Of a stretch of DNA of 64,000 bases, positions 52,632 through 62,853 are shown in pieces. The position numbers were made by a program, and so were the translations under genes. Position 1 is the stretch's first letter, and every line of letters begins with the position of its first letter. The notes below the pieces were generated by a model that saw nothing but the letters and a program-made list of their open reading frames with translations, was not told where the DNA came from and made no database searches. The stretch is from Candidatus Jorgensenbacteria bacterium GW2011_GWA1_48_11 (lineage in GTDB: Bacteria; Patescibacteriota; Minisyncoccia; UBA6257; GWB1-50-10): positions 37,910 to 101,909 of the forward strand of contig LCPF01000001.1 in assembly GCA_001003475.1 (NCBI GenBank), in the 5' to 3' direction.

Positions 52632-53670
52632 ACACTAAATTCTCGACTTTTTGGACGAATTTATCAAATCCAAAAACGTCCAAAACGTTCTTCCTGAGAA
52701 AATCCCGGTCCAGAAGACGGGTGGGACATTTTCCTTTCAAAACGCCCGTGATCGCGGCAACGATATCTTCGCCGCTGTCGGGATCGACCAGGATGCCCAA
52801 TTTGCCGTTCAAGACGGCTTCCCGGGAACCGTCACGATTGCCGGCAACAACCGGCCGGCCGCAAGCCAAGGCTTCAATGAATGCCATGCCAAAACCCTCC
52901 CCCTTGGACGGCATCACGAAAACGTCGGAAAGGTTGTAATAATCGACTAATTCCTCTTCGGAAACCCGATCAATCATAACCACAAAAGAGCTGGTTTGCG
53001 TTGATTCAACTAAGCTTCGGACCCGACCAGAATCACTGCCCTTGCCGATCAGGAAATATTTAACGTTGGGTGTTTCCTTGATCATCCCGGGCAATGCGGC
53101 GATTATCTTATCGTAGCCCTTGTACTGTTCGGCGGCGGAAAGCCGGGAAACGGTAAGTATTATTTTCGAAGAATCAGAAAGGCCATGCTTCCTTAACAAA
53201 TGCGTTGGTTTCTCCTTCATTAAAAATTTCTTTCCGTCAACGAAAGGCGGCAAATAAAATATCCTATCCCCGACTTCCGGAATTTGCCCAACGATTTTTT
53301 CTTTCGAAAAATTGGAAATAACGACGATCAACTTGGCCTTTTTCAAAATTTTTCTTTTAAGGCGGCTCTTGATTTCCCAAGCCTCGATGCCGTAAGCGAT
53401 GATCGAGTAATCCTGGCCGAAAAATACCTTCAAGAAATACGCCGGCGGGCCGAAGTTAACATGGCCGCAAATTATCATAGCCGGCCGGAACGTGAAAAAT
53501 CCCAAAAACAATCTCGCAACGAAAACGATTTTCGAAAAAAACAACTTTTTTCCGAGCGCCAAGACCGAAACTTCGTGTCCGTTCCGTTTCAAGGCCTCAA
53601 TCAGTCCGCCTCCGAATTTTTGGATGCCGCCATTTTCTTCCAAATCGCTCGTTAAAAAAATGATCTTCAT
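52615..53670 (-). CDS. glycosyltransferase family 4
   Basis: GT-B with a C-terminal GT1 motif (EGFGMAFIEALACGRPVVAGN). Confidence 0.8.
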   Translation of the reverse strand: MKIIFLTSDLEENGGIQKFGGGLIEALKRNGHEVSVLALGKKLFFSKIVFVARLFLGFFTFRPAMIICGHVNFGPPAYFLKVFFGQDYSIIAYGIEAWEIKSRLKRKILKKAKLIVVISNFSKEKIVGQIPEVGDRIFYLPPFVDGKKFLMKEKPTHLLRKHGLSDSSKIILTVSRLSAAEQYKGYDKIIAALPGMIKETPNVKYFLIGKGSDSGRVRSLVESTQTSSFVVMIDRVSEEELVDYYNLSDVFVMPSKGEGFGMAFIEALACGRPVVAGNRDGSREAVLNGKLGILVDPDSGEDIVAAITGVLKGKCPTRLLDRDFLRKNVLDVFGFDKFVQKVENLVYELSR

Positions 53671-53754
53671 GTTTTACCCTAATTCATAAAATTATCGGTT
53701 TGACCGCGTCTTTTCATTATAATATAATGCTTTTAAGGTCTCCGAGGCCAGAAT

Positions 53755-54600
53755 ATGGCTTTACCCAATATTTCAACAGATAAAAAAATTAAAGGCGTCA
53801 TTCTAGCTGGCGGAAAAGGCGTGCGGCTGCATCCCCTCACGAAGACGATAAACAAACATCTCCTCCCGGTCGGCCGGGAACCGATGATTCTGAATCCGGT
53901 ACGGAAATTGATCGAAGCCGGCATAACCGATATCCTCATCGTCACGAGCACCCACCATATGGGCAACATCGTGAATCTTCTGGGCAGCGGGGAAGAATTC
54001 GGCTGCAATTTCACTTATAAGGTCCAGGAGAAAGCGGCGGGAATCGCCCATGCCCTGGCGCTCGCCGAAGATTTCGCGAACGGACAGAAAATAGCGGTGA
54101 TCCTAGGGGACAACATCACGACCGCCTCTATAAAATCTTTTGTTGAAAAATTCGCCAATCAGGAAAAGGGCGCGCTCGTGCTCATTAAAAAAGTCGACGA
54201 CCCGACAAGGTACGGCGTCGCGGTCATAGACGAAAAGCAGATAGTCGAAATCGAAGAAAAACCCCAAAGCCCAAAATCTAATTTTGCGGTCATTGGCTAT
54301 TATATGTACGACCCTTCGATTTTCGACATCATCAGGCAGATCCAGCCTTCAGATCGGGGCGAGTACGAGATCACGAGCGTCAATAATGAGTATATCCGCC
54401 GGGGGGAATTGACTTACGGCATTTTGGACGGCGAATGGACCGACGCCGGTACTTTCGAATCCCTTCTTTACGCCAACCAAATGCTCATTAAAATCCCCGC
54501 CTCGCAGCAGGAAAAGCAGGTCGTTTCCAAGGAGCAAATAACGGAAATGCTCAAGGAACTGGAAAAACAAGAAAAAGAGCTTAAAAAATACCTCGAGTAA
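53755..54600 (+). CDS. rmlA: sugar-phosphate nucleotidyltransferase (glucose-1-phosphate thymidylyltransferase-like) with C-terminal coiled-coil tail
   Basis: KGVILAGGKGVRLHPLTKTINKHLLPV matches the RmlA G-x-G-T-R-L signature region. Confidence 0.75.
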   Translation: MALPNISTDKKIKGVILAGGKGVRLHPLTKTINKHLLPVGREPMILNPVRKLIEAGITDILIVTSTHHMGNIVNLLGSGEEFGCNFTYKVQEKAAGIAHALALAEDFANGQKIAVILGDNITTASIKSFVEKFANQEKGALVLIKKVDDPTRYGVAVIDEKQIVEIEEKPQSPKSNFAVIGYYMYDPSIFDIIRQIQPSDRGEYEITSVNNEYIRRGELTYGILDGEWTDAGTFESLLYANQMLIKIPASQQEKQVVSKEQITEMLKELEKQEKELKKYLE

Positions 54601-54601
54601 G

Positions 54602-55552
54602 ATGACCAATAAAAATTCACCTGAATATTCGGTCGTGGTGCCGGTCTATAACAGTGAAGGCTCTCTAAAAGAGCTTTATGAACGCCTAAAGAAAGTTTTT
54701 AATGCATTGAACAGCCCGTGGGAATTGATTTTCGTTAATGACTACAGCCGGGACAACAGCTGGAAAGTATTGCGGTCTATCGCGAATGGGGACGAAAAAG
54801 CAACCGTCATAAATTTAACCAATAATTTCGGCCAGCAAAATGCATTGATGTGCGGCCTCTCTTATTCAAAGGGGATTTACGCCATTACAATAGATGACGA
54901 TCTTCAGCATCCACCCGAAGAAATACCGAAACTTATCAAAACCATCACCGCCTATAACTACAGCGTAGTTTACGGTCAGCACCCGGCAACGAAACGCGGC
55001 TGGTTCCGCGATCTCGCTTCGGCCCTCATTAAAAAAATCCTTTCTTACGTTACCGGCAGCGGCTACACGACAACCTCTTTCCGGATAATCAAGAACTCCG
55101 TCGTTGAAAAAATAACCGGTTTCAAACAATACAACGTCATGATTGACGTCCTCATCAAGGATATCGTGAACAAATTCGACGTTGGCCATTGCGCGATCGA
55201 ACATCACGAAAGAAAAACCGGCAAATCCGGTTATTCCCTCAAGAAACTTCTTACCCACGCGGCCAACATGATCCTGAATTACACGTTATGGCCTTTGCGT
55301 TTGGCAATGGTCATGGGTTTTTTCTTCTCCTTCTTCAGTATCTTGGCCGGGATCTATTTCATCGTAATTTATTTCCTCCGCGGGGTGGCCGTCCAGGGCT
55401 GGACATCAACGATGGTCATTATCGCTTTCTTTTCCGGGGTAAATTTGTTCCTACTCGGCATTGTCGGCGAATACATCGGCCGGGTCTTCCTGAATATCGC
55501 CCAAAAGCCGCAGTATTGCGTCAAGGAAGTCTACAAAAAACAAACCGCTTAA
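54602..55552 (+). CDS. glycosyltransferase family 2, polyprenyl-phosphate glycosyltransferase type (GtrB/ArnC-like)
   Basis: YSVVVPVYNSEGSL...NDYSRD GT-A domain and two C-terminal TM helices. Confidence 0.75.
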   Translation: MTNKNSPEYSVVVPVYNSEGSLKELYERLKKVFNALNSPWELIFVNDYSRDNSWKVLRSIANGDEKATVINLTNNFGQQNALMCGLSYSKGIYAITIDDDLQHPPEEIPKLIKTITAYNYSVVYGQHPATKRGWFRDLASALIKKILSYVTGSGYTTTSFRIIKNSVVEKITGFKQYNVMIDVLIKDIVNKFDVGHCAIEHHERKTGKSGYSLKKLLTHAANMILNYTLWPLRLAMVMGFFFSFFSILAGIYFIVIYFLRGVAVQGWTSTMVIIAFFSGVNLFLLGIVGEYIGRVFLNIAQKPQYCVKEVYKKQTA

Positions 55553-55565
55553 ACCCTACGAACCA

Positions 55566-56237
55566 ATGGTCAATTTCGACGATCACGCCATCACCTACAG
55601 GAAGTCGCTGGGGCACAGCTTAATGCTCTTCGGCCAAAAAGAGTCTTTTTTCGATTTTTACAAAATGGACCTTTTGAGCGCGATCATAAGCAAGGGGGTG
55701 GCTTACGATTTGATGGACTACGGCTGCGGCGTGGGAAAATTGACTATCCTCATAGCTAAAGAATTCCCGAAGGCCAAGGTTTGCGGCTACGACATATCAG
55801 CCGAGTCGATGCGGGTCGCCGAGGAAGAAAGCGCCGGATTAAAGAATGTCTTTTTCACGACGGCGCCCTCAAACGAACAAAAATACGACTTCATCATAGT
55901 GGCGAACGTCTTCCACCACGTCGAACCGATTGAACGCAAAGAAACGCTGCTCAAAATAAAAATGCTTCTTAAGCCCGGCGGAAAAATAATCATTTTCGAG
56001 CACAATCCCCTAAACCCGGTGACCCGCTATATCGTGAGCCAATGCCCGTTCGACAAGGACGCCGAAATAATCCTGCGCCGCAAGTTCCTAAAGCTGACGG
56101 CGGATTGCGGCCTGAAGACCGACGGAAAAAAATACATTCTCTTTTTCCCCTGGTCTCCAAAAATTTTCAGGAAAATGGAAAAACTTTTGGGATTTATGCC
56201 TTTGGGCGCCCAATACATGCTGGTCCTGACGCTTTAA
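55566..56237 (+). CDS. class I SAM-dependent methyltransferase
   Basis: Motif I MDYGCGVGK and motif II region. Confidence 0.7.
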   Translation: MVNFDDHAITYRKSLGHSLMLFGQKESFFDFYKMDLLSAIISKGVAYDLMDYGCGVGKLTILIAKEFPKAKVCGYDISAESMRVAEEESAGLKNVFFTTAPSNEQKYDFIIVANVFHHVEPIERKETLLKIKMLLKPGGKIIIFEHNPLNPVTRYIVSQCPFDKDAEIILRRKFLKLTADCGLKTDGKKYILFFPWSPKIFRKMEKLLGFMPLGAQYMLVLTL

Positions 56238-56243
56238 AATCCC

Positions 56244-56987
56244 ATGAACAAAAAAATACTTGAGCTTATCGAGAAAAACGGTTATTCCATGAACGACGAG
56301 GTTAGGGACGCTATTGACCAATTGGTTGAAATTTTAGAAGCCCAAAAATCGGGGACGGAAAATATTAAGCCAATTTTAGAATGGCTTAAAGAGAAAACCG
56401 AATCCTATCCGGCAAAAATCCAAGAGATAGGCATTAATAACCTTGATAAATGGCTCGTTCATCCGGGAACCGGAGTCATTTCCCACGAGACCGGGAAATT
56501 CTTTTCCATTATTGGCGTAAAGGTTGAGGGCGCGAAAGGACGGGAAGTCACCTCGTGGAGCCAGCCAATGGTGAAACAAGAAGAATGCGGCATCTTAGGA
56601 ATACTGTGTCAAAAAAGGAACGGTTTAATGAATTACTTGCTCTGGGCTAAATTCGAACCGGGCACCATTGCCGGACTACAACTCTCGCCTACCCTGGAAG
56701 CCACCGAAAGCAATTTAAAACGAGCCCACGGAGGGAAAAAACCGCTTTTTGCCGAATATTTTGAAGGGGGCGGCCGCGGAAAAGTATTGGTAAGTGTTGT
56801 TGAAGTGGAAGATCCGGGCAGGTTCTATCATAAAACTAATCGCTGCATGATTGTTGAGGCGCCGGAAAACGAGGAAATCGCGATACCAGAAGATTATATT
56901 TGGCTCACCCTTAACCAAATCAAGAAATTATTGAAAATCGACAACGTCGTAAATGCGCTAGCCCGTTGCGTTTTCGGAAGTCGTTGA
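56244..56987 (+). CDS. NDP-hexose 2,3-dehydratase-like protein (single-repeat, half-size)
   Basis: Similarity by recall to EvaA/TylX3-type 2,3-dehydratases (LLWAKFEPG.. region); 247 aa, against about 460 aa for two-repeat enzymes. Confidence 0.45.
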   Translation: MNKKILELIEKNGYSMNDEVRDAIDQLVEILEAQKSGTENIKPILEWLKEKTESYPAKIQEIGINNLDKWLVHPGTGVISHETGKFFSIIGVKVEGAKGREVTSWSQPMVKQEECGILGILCQKRNGLMNYLLWAKFEPGTIAGLQLSPTLEATESNLKRAHGGKKPLFAEYFEGGGRGKVLVSVVEVEDPGRFYHKTNRCMIVEAPENEEIAIPEDYIWLTLNQIKKLLKIDNVVNALARCVFGSR

Positions 56988-57971
56988 TCTTACTTTCAAT
57001 TTTTTCCACCAGGCCTCGTTTTCGATGTACCATTTGATGGTCTCTTTAAGACCGTCCTCAAAGCTGACTCTCGGCGCCCAGCCCAATTCCTTGTTTATTT
57101 TTGAAAAATCGATCGCGTACCGCCGATCGTGGCCGAGCCGGTCCTTGACGAATTCAACCGAACTTTCGTTTTTACCCATCAGTTTCAGAATTTGATAAGT
57201 CAATTCCTTGTTCGTTATTTCGGAATTTCCGCCAACGCAATAAGTGCTGCCGATCTTACCTTCGTGAAGGATCAAATCTATGGCTTGACAGTGATCATCG
57301 ACGTAGAGCCAATCACGGACATTCAGGCCGTCGCCGTAAAGCGGCACCTGCTTACTCTCAAGCAAATTGGTTATGAAAAGTGGAATTAATTTTTCCGGGA
57401 ACTGATAAGCACCGTAATTATTGGAACAATTCGAGATCGTCACCGGCAAACCAAAAGTATGGTAATAAGCCCTAACCATATGATCAGAAGCGGCTTTTGA
57501 GGCGCTGTAAGGACTGCGGGGGTCGTACGGCATTTTTTCGTTGAATTTGGGATCGTCGGGACCGAGCGAGCCGAAAACCTCGTCGGTCGAAATGTGGTGA
57601 AAGCGCTTACGACCGTTATTCCTGGCCGCCTCGAGGAGTGTATAGGTCCCCACGATATTCGTATGGATGAAGTTCTGCGGATCCGCGATGGATCGATCAA
57701 CGTGCGACTCCGCGGCAAAATGGACGATCGCCCCCGCCTCCCTCACCAAGCCGTCAACCAAATCCTTATCGCCGATATCCCCCTTAACGAATTTATAGCG
57801 CGGTTCGCCCTCAATATCCTTTAAATTTTCTAGATTGCCCGCATAGGTCAAGGCGTCCAGGTTGATAATTCGGTAATCGGGATATTTCTTAAGAACGTAA
57901 TGAATAAAATTACTGCCGATAAAGCCGGCCCCGCCCGTTACTAAAATCGTCTTGAATTCGTTCTTATCCAT
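56958..57971 (-). CDS. rfbB: dTDP-glucose 4,6-dehydratase
   Basis: ILVTGGAGFIGSNF Rossmann motif and an RmlB-specific active-site region. Confidence 0.9.
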   Translation of the reverse strand: MDKNEFKTILVTGGAGFIGSNFIHYVLKKYPDYRIINLDALTYAGNLENLKDIEGEPRYKFVKGDIGDKDLVDGLVREAGAIVHFAAESHVDRSIADPQNFIHTNIVGTYTLLEAARNNGRKRFHHISTDEVFGSLGPDDPKFNEKMPYDPRSPYSASKAASDHMVRAYYHTFGLPVTISNCSNNYGAYQFPEKLIPLFITNLLESKQVPLYGDGLNVRDWLYVDDHCQAIDLILHEGKIGSTYCVGGNSEITNKELTYQILKLMGKNESSVEFVKDRLGHDRRYAIDFSKINKELGWAPRVSFEDGLKETIKWYIENEAWWKKLKVRSTTSENATG

Positions 57972-57973
57972 GG

Positions 57974-58996
57974 CTATTTTATTTCATTGAGCTCGACTCT
58001 CCTTTTTTCATTAGTCGACAAACGAATCGCTTCCAAAACCCTGGCTTGGGCCAAAATTTTCGAATAGATCGAATTTATTTTTTTTCCCCTTTCCTCTTTA
58101 TGCAGAATTGTATCGCAAAAATCGCTGAAATTCAGCTCAAATTGGTTCGCGGCCGAAGCGTCAATTGAGGTCACAACCTCTTTAAGGTTTTCGTTTTTTA
58201 AAAGCTCGATCGTCGGCTTCATTTCCGGCGGGATAGAATAAGCTCTTCCGACCGTTATTAATCCCTCGGACCCCCAGACGGAATAATTATTCTGATAGAC
58301 CGCGTCGAAGCCGAAACCAAGAAAAGCAGATGCTCCATCCGGAAATTCAAAAAATGCGGTCCCCCGCACATCAATGGGATTTTCGTCGTTGTCCAGTCTT
58401 GCCGTAACGGCCAACGGTTCACTATTCAAAATCTTCCTGGCCATAAAAACGGTGTAAGCGCCGGCATCGTTCAGGCTGCCGCCACCAAGGCTTTTGCTGT
58501 AACGAAAATTATTTTTGTCCGTGAAGGGAAAGCCGAAATACCCTTTGAAAACAAACGGCCGCCCAATGGCCCCCTCCTTGATCAGGGAAACGATCTTCTG
58601 GTGCTGGGGGTGAAAATCGCACATAAAATTCTCGTAAAGAACGATCTCTTTCCGCCGGCAAAGATCAACGATCTCCTTGACCGCAGTGAAATTTTCCGCC
58701 AGGGATTTCTCGCAGATTATATGTTTGCCGGCCAGAGCGGCCTTTATCGCCCACTCCTTATGCAATCCGATCGGCAAGGGAATGTAGACGGCGTCTAGGA
58801 CGGGATTTGAGATTAAGGATTCGTAAGATTCCTCGGCTCGAAGACCGAAACGAGAAGCCCACTCCTTGGCCTTCCCATAATCGCGGCTGGCAATGCTTAC
58901 CAATTCCGCGCTGGGGACCGATTGAAACGCCCGAATCGCGTATTTCTCGGCGATATTCGCGCAGCCCAGTATGCCGATTTTAATTTTTTCCTTCAT
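57974..58996 (-). CDS. Gfo/Idh/MocA-family oxidoreductase
   Basis: IKIGILGCANIAEKYAIRAF Rossmann N-terminus and an EKP motif. Confidence 0.8.
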   Translation of the reverse strand: MKEKIKIGILGCANIAEKYAIRAFQSVPSAELVSIASRDYGKAKEWASRFGLRAEESYESLISNPVLDAVYIPLPIGLHKEWAIKAALAGKHIICEKSLAENFTAVKEIVDLCRRKEIVLYENFMCDFHPQHQKIVSLIKEGAIGRPFVFKGYFGFPFTDKNNFRYSKSLGGGSLNDAGAYTVFMARKILNSEPLAVTARLDNDENPIDVRGTAFFEFPDGASAFLGFGFDAVYQNNYSVWGSEGLITVGRAYSIPPEMKPTIELLKNENLKEVVTSIDASAANQFELNFSDFCDTILHKEERGKKINSIYSKILAQARVLEAIRLSTNEKRRVELNEIK

Positions 58997-60248
58997 TCAA
59001 TGATCTTAAATTAGCCGATCTTTTGAGCAGGCCGAAAACGTAAAAATAAGCGAGGAGGGCGATAGCGATAATGAACAGCATTAAAATGGCATTATAACCA
59101 TACGCCTTCTCTAGGCCGAAAGGCAACCAGGCGACAAAAAGGTTGACCAAGGATATTTTAACAAGAGACTCCCTGTCCATCTCAAAATACGTTTTCATGA
59201 AAAACAAAGCGACCAACAGAAACGCCGGCCAGCTATAGGCAGCCAATCTTTCAATGCCTGTGGTCACGGTCACGCCGACGAGATAATGCCCTAGGCCGTA
59301 GAAAAGGGCAACGATTAACCAGACGGGCGATTTTTGGATTATCGTCTTGAAATTGCGGCCCAGATAAAAGACGACGACCGGCAAGACGCCGAAGACGGTG
59401 AGGAGAGCAGTCACCGTCATTAGGGGGAATTGCGGATCGACGCCGCAGAAACCGACCTCATGGACGGCGCCGAAGAGTCGCCAATTCGGCAAGTCCATTA
59501 TCTTAAAAATCGGAACGCAATTCTGCAGCGTATTAACCCACAACCTTACCCCCAAGACGTTGTTCAGAAAATAAAAAGGAACCTTGAAAGCCACGTAAGA
59601 AAAATTATTCATGCTGTGGGTATTGGGCAAGCCGATATTGTTTATTTGATTGGCGGTAAAGATCGAAACAACCATCACCAGGAAAATAGCGAAGGAAAAC
59701 GCCCTCTTTGATCGGAATAGGCTAACCGCCAAATAAATCACCCCTAGAAGAATGGTCGATTCCCTCGCCAAAAACAGCAAGAAGAGCGTAAGCAGGCTCG
59801 CAACGTCCATTTCGTAAAAAACGAAAAGGAAAAAGGCGGCTGTCAGGAAAAGATAGAAGCCGTCCGGCAGGAAAATATCGTGGAAAGTCCTCAAAAACAG
59901 CGGCAACAAAAAAAATGGAACAATCAGGAAATAGGACAAATCTAATTTTCTGAGGATCAGCGTGGTGATGACAAAAAAGAAGAACAGCGAAAAAACGGCC
60001 AGCAACAAAAAAACTTGAGTTAGATCTGCTGAAAAATACGAGCTTATCTGACCAGCCAAAAAAGAGTGGAAGAACCTCCCGGAAAACGGCTTCATCACGT
60101 TTTCAATGTGGCCCTCGGCGATCGAAATATACCACTGGCTATCCGAGTCGTGGATCGGCGCCACGAAAGGCAGGTTCAAAATTATTACCGCAATCGTGAT
60201 TATGCCCGCCGGGACCAGAAAAAAATAATTTTTTAAAAACCTGATCAT
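58980..60248 (-). CDS. polytopic membrane protein (possible GT-C / glycan polymerase-like)
   Basis: About 12 TM helices; no soluble catalytic motif; embedded in the glycan locus. Confidence 0.45.
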   Translation of the reverse strand: MIRFLKNYFFLVPAGIITIAVIILNLPFVAPIHDSDSQWYISIAEGHIENVMKPFSGRFFHSFLAGQISSYFSADLTQVFLLLAVFSLFFFFVITTLILRKLDLSYFLIVPFFLLPLFLRTFHDIFLPDGFYLFLTAAFFLFVFYEMDVASLLTLFLLFLARESTILLGVIYLAVSLFRSKRAFSFAIFLVMVVSIFTANQINNIGLPNTHSMNNFSYVAFKVPFYFLNNVLGVRLWVNTLQNCVPIFKIMDLPNWRLFGAVHEVGFCGVDPQFPLMTVTALLTVFGVLPVVVFYLGRNFKTIIQKSPVWLIVALFYGLGHYLVGVTVTTGIERLAAYSWPAFLLVALFFMKTYFEMDRESLVKISLVNLFVAWLPFGLEKAYGYNAILMLFIIAIALLAYFYVFGLLKRSANLRSLNEGKN

Positions 60249-60335
60249 TTCGTCCCTGCCGGCATATTGTTTTTAATCCCCGATGGGTTTGTTTCGAAAA
60301 TTTCGGGAGCCCCTGGCGCGACTGGGTCCGGCACC

Positions 60336-60926
60336 TTATAGCCCGCGGGCTTTGTCGATGTAGCCTTGGACGCTCTGGTCCTTGGGCCAATAACTAAGGA
60401 TGATGTTTCCGAACTCCTGAATTTTAGCCTTGTCGTCTTTTAAAAGATAAGCGTTAAGCAGGCCGTAAAGCACCGGCGGCAATTTGGGGCCGATGGCATA
60501 AGCTTTCAAGTAATAATCCTCGACTTTTCGGAAGTCCGCGTCCTTACGGCCGTAATTGTACCACAAAGACAAATACATATTGCCCCCCATAATCACATGA
60601 CGGACGTTGTTCTCAAGAAGCATCGGCTCGATATAGTCGGCAAGCGCCCGCGCGACGGCTTCGGGCTGATTGGCTTGATTAAGCAAGCTCATCACGTCGT
60701 TACCGAAGAATTTAACAACTTCTTCCTGACCGATCGGCGAATAGAATTTAAAAACATTGTCGTAGTTAGCCTCGAATTCCTGAAGGCTTTTGGCCGAACC
60801 TGCGGCGGACATGGCGCTGATATAGCGTTCGGACTTGCCGAAGGGCAGATAAGAGCCGAGGTAAATCGAGGAAACGGCTAAAATTATCAGGATAACAACG
60901 ATTATTTTTTGAAAAGTGAGGCTCAT
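60336..60926 (-). CDS. hypothetical membrane-anchored protein
   Basis: N-terminal TM helix; about 170 aa predicted extracytoplasmic. Confidence 0.45.
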   Translation of the reverse strand: MSLTFQKIIVVILIILAVSSIYLGSYLPFGKSERYISAMSAAGSAKSLQEFEANYDNVFKFYSPIGQEEVVKFFGNDVMSLLNQANQPEAVARALADYIEPMLLENNVRHVIMGGNMYLSLWYNYGRKDADFRKVEDYYLKAYAIGPKLPPVLYGLLNAYLLKDDKAKIQEFGNIILSYWPKDQSVQGYIDKARGL

Positions 60927-60930
60927 TTTT

Positions 60931-62394
60931 TTAATTGATCGTTAGTCTTGTTTGGGAAAATTTATACGAAGCGAAAGCCAAAAACAAAAAAACATTGATA
61001 TAAATAGGCAAAACGTCAAAAAGAACAATGCCTTGAACCAAATAAGCGATGGGTAAGGCGACCATTAACCCCGTTTCGACGAGATCGGCGCGGCTCAAAA
61101 CGCCCTCTTTCCTGTTTTGAGGCTGGGATGACTGGCGACCGAATTCCTCCGAATCGGCTTTGATCCGCTTCCACAAATGCCAGTACAAAATCACGAAAAT
61201 GCTCAAAAAACTCAAGAATCCCAAAGCGCCGGTCTCGACCAAATAATCGAAATAAATGCTGTGGGCGCGATCGAACCAGGCCCCGAAACCGTTCTGCGCG
61301 CTAAAATACCTGATGTCAAAATGCCGATCAAAAACCTGAAGATAATTCTCCGGCCCCCAACCCAAGAGCGGCCGCGCCTTCCAGCCTTCCCAGGCGATTT
61401 GCCACATGATGGTGCGGGTGCTGAACGTCTCGGTGGCAAAGGTGATGTTAAAAATACGCGAAGCCGGCAAAGATTTTACAAAAGGAGTGTTTTGAAAAGT
61501 GATCATGAGGCTCACGGCCAGAATTACGAGAAATAATCCCCCGATAAGCCACTTCCGCCAAGGACGATGGACATAAATGAAATAACCGAGAAAACCGACA
61601 ACCGCGGCGACAAATCCCAGAAAAGCGCCGCGGGTCCCGGACCAATAGAGGATCACAAGAAAAACCGCCCCCAAAAGACACAAAACCAGTTTGCCGAAAG
61701 ACCATTTCCTTTTCGGAGAATAGATAAAAAGGAAAATGAGATAGAAAAGCATGAAAATGGCGTAAGCCGCCACGTAAGCGGGGTTGCCGATCGAGCCCTG
61801 AAAACGCTCGTTAAATTCCGCCCCGACAAAATCCTTAAAAGCTTGATAAAACGGCCCGCCCTCGCCCGTAAGCACCGTCTCCACCCCGCCGCCCGGCGCC
61901 TGCCGCTGCATCGTATCCGCGTCCAGATATTTCAAACTGGCGCCCACGCCGTAGCCGACCATTAAAAGGCCGGCAATGACCGACGACCAAAATATCTTCC
62001 GCCAGTCGGCTTGGTCGCGAAAAAGCAAAATCAAAAGCCAGAAAAAGGCTAAAAGGTGCAGCATTTGCAAGCCGCCCTCGCCGCGCTCGAAATTGGACCA
62101 AAAAGAATTGGCCGGATCAAAACCAAAAAAGCCGGCCAAGACGAAAACGAAAGCGAAAACGGTAACCGCCATCACCAGGGGCGATTTTAAAAATTTTACA
62201 AGGCGGCTTTTATAAGTTTCCGCCTCGGAAGAAAACAAAAGCCCCATAAGAAAAGCAATCAGGGCCAGATCAACGGTTGTCCTGAACCAAACGTACTTGC
62301 CGACGATAAAGGGGAAAAGCGTCGAGGTCGTCACGAGCGCGATCGCCAAAACGGAAATGTAAAGGAAAAATTTGGAAACTTTGAAATAATTCAT
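60931..62394 (-). CDS. O-antigen ligase / Wzy-family polytopic membrane protein
   Basis: About 12 TM helices with a large periplasmic loop near the C-terminal third (WaaL/Wzy_C-like arrangement). Confidence 0.55.
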   Translation of the reverse strand: MNYFKVSKFFLYISVLAIALVTTSTLFPFIVGKYVWFRTTVDLALIAFLMGLLFSSEAETYKSRLVKFLKSPLVMAVTVFAFVFVLAGFFGFDPANSFWSNFERGEGGLQMLHLLAFFWLLILLFRDQADWRKIFWSSVIAGLLMVGYGVGASLKYLDADTMQRQAPGGGVETVLTGEGGPFYQAFKDFVGAEFNERFQGSIGNPAYVAAYAIFMLFYLIFLFIYSPKRKWSFGKLVLCLLGAVFLVILYWSGTRGAFLGFVAAVVGFLGYFIYVHRPWRKWLIGGLFLVILAVSLMITFQNTPFVKSLPASRIFNITFATETFSTRTIMWQIAWEGWKARPLLGWGPENYLQVFDRHFDIRYFSAQNGFGAWFDRAHSIYFDYLVETGALGFLSFLSIFVILYWHLWKRIKADSEEFGRQSSQPQNRKEGVLSRADLVETGLMVALPIAYLVQGIVLFDVLPIYINVFLFLAFASYKFSQTRLTIN

Positions 62395-62454
62395 TTTACG
62401 GATGACCGCTGATTAATAACTGATTTACGCTGATAGAAAAAGTATAATAAAAAC

Positions 62455-62853
62455 ATGGGAAAAAAGAAAGTTGCTAATTTCTTGTATGAAGATTTGTCAT
62501 ATAAGATACGCGGTTGCGTATTTAATGTATATAATTCCCTGGGTTTCGGGCACAAGGAAAATATCTATCAAAAAGCGCTGGCTATTGAGTTTAATAAAGC
62601 TGGAATTAAATTCGAGAAAGAAAAATCCCTACCGATAAAGTACGGAGAAAAAGAGTTGGGAAAGTACCGACCAGATTTCGTTATCGAAAACAAAATCATC
62701 ATAGAAACAAAAACGGTTGAATTTATGCCAAAAAATTATGAAACCCAATTGGTTTATTATCTTAGAGGAACGAAATTCAGGCTTGGTTTCTTGATAAATT
62801 TCGGCACCCCAAGGTTAGATATTAGAAGAAGAATTAACTCGAATCAGCGTTAA
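62455..62853 (+). CDS. GxxExxY protein (PD-(D/E)xK superfamily)
   Basis: ALAIEFNKAGIKFEKE...YRPDFVIENKIIIETKT contains the family-defining G-x-x-E-x-x-Y region and a D..E.K-like core; 132 aa. Confidence 0.8.
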   Translation: MGKKKVANFLYEDLSYKIRGCVFNVYNSLGFGHKENIYQKALAIEFNKAGIKFEKEKSLPIKYGEKELGKYRPDFVIENKIIIETKTVEFMPKNYETQLVYYLRGTKFRLGFLINFGTPRLDIRRRINSNQR

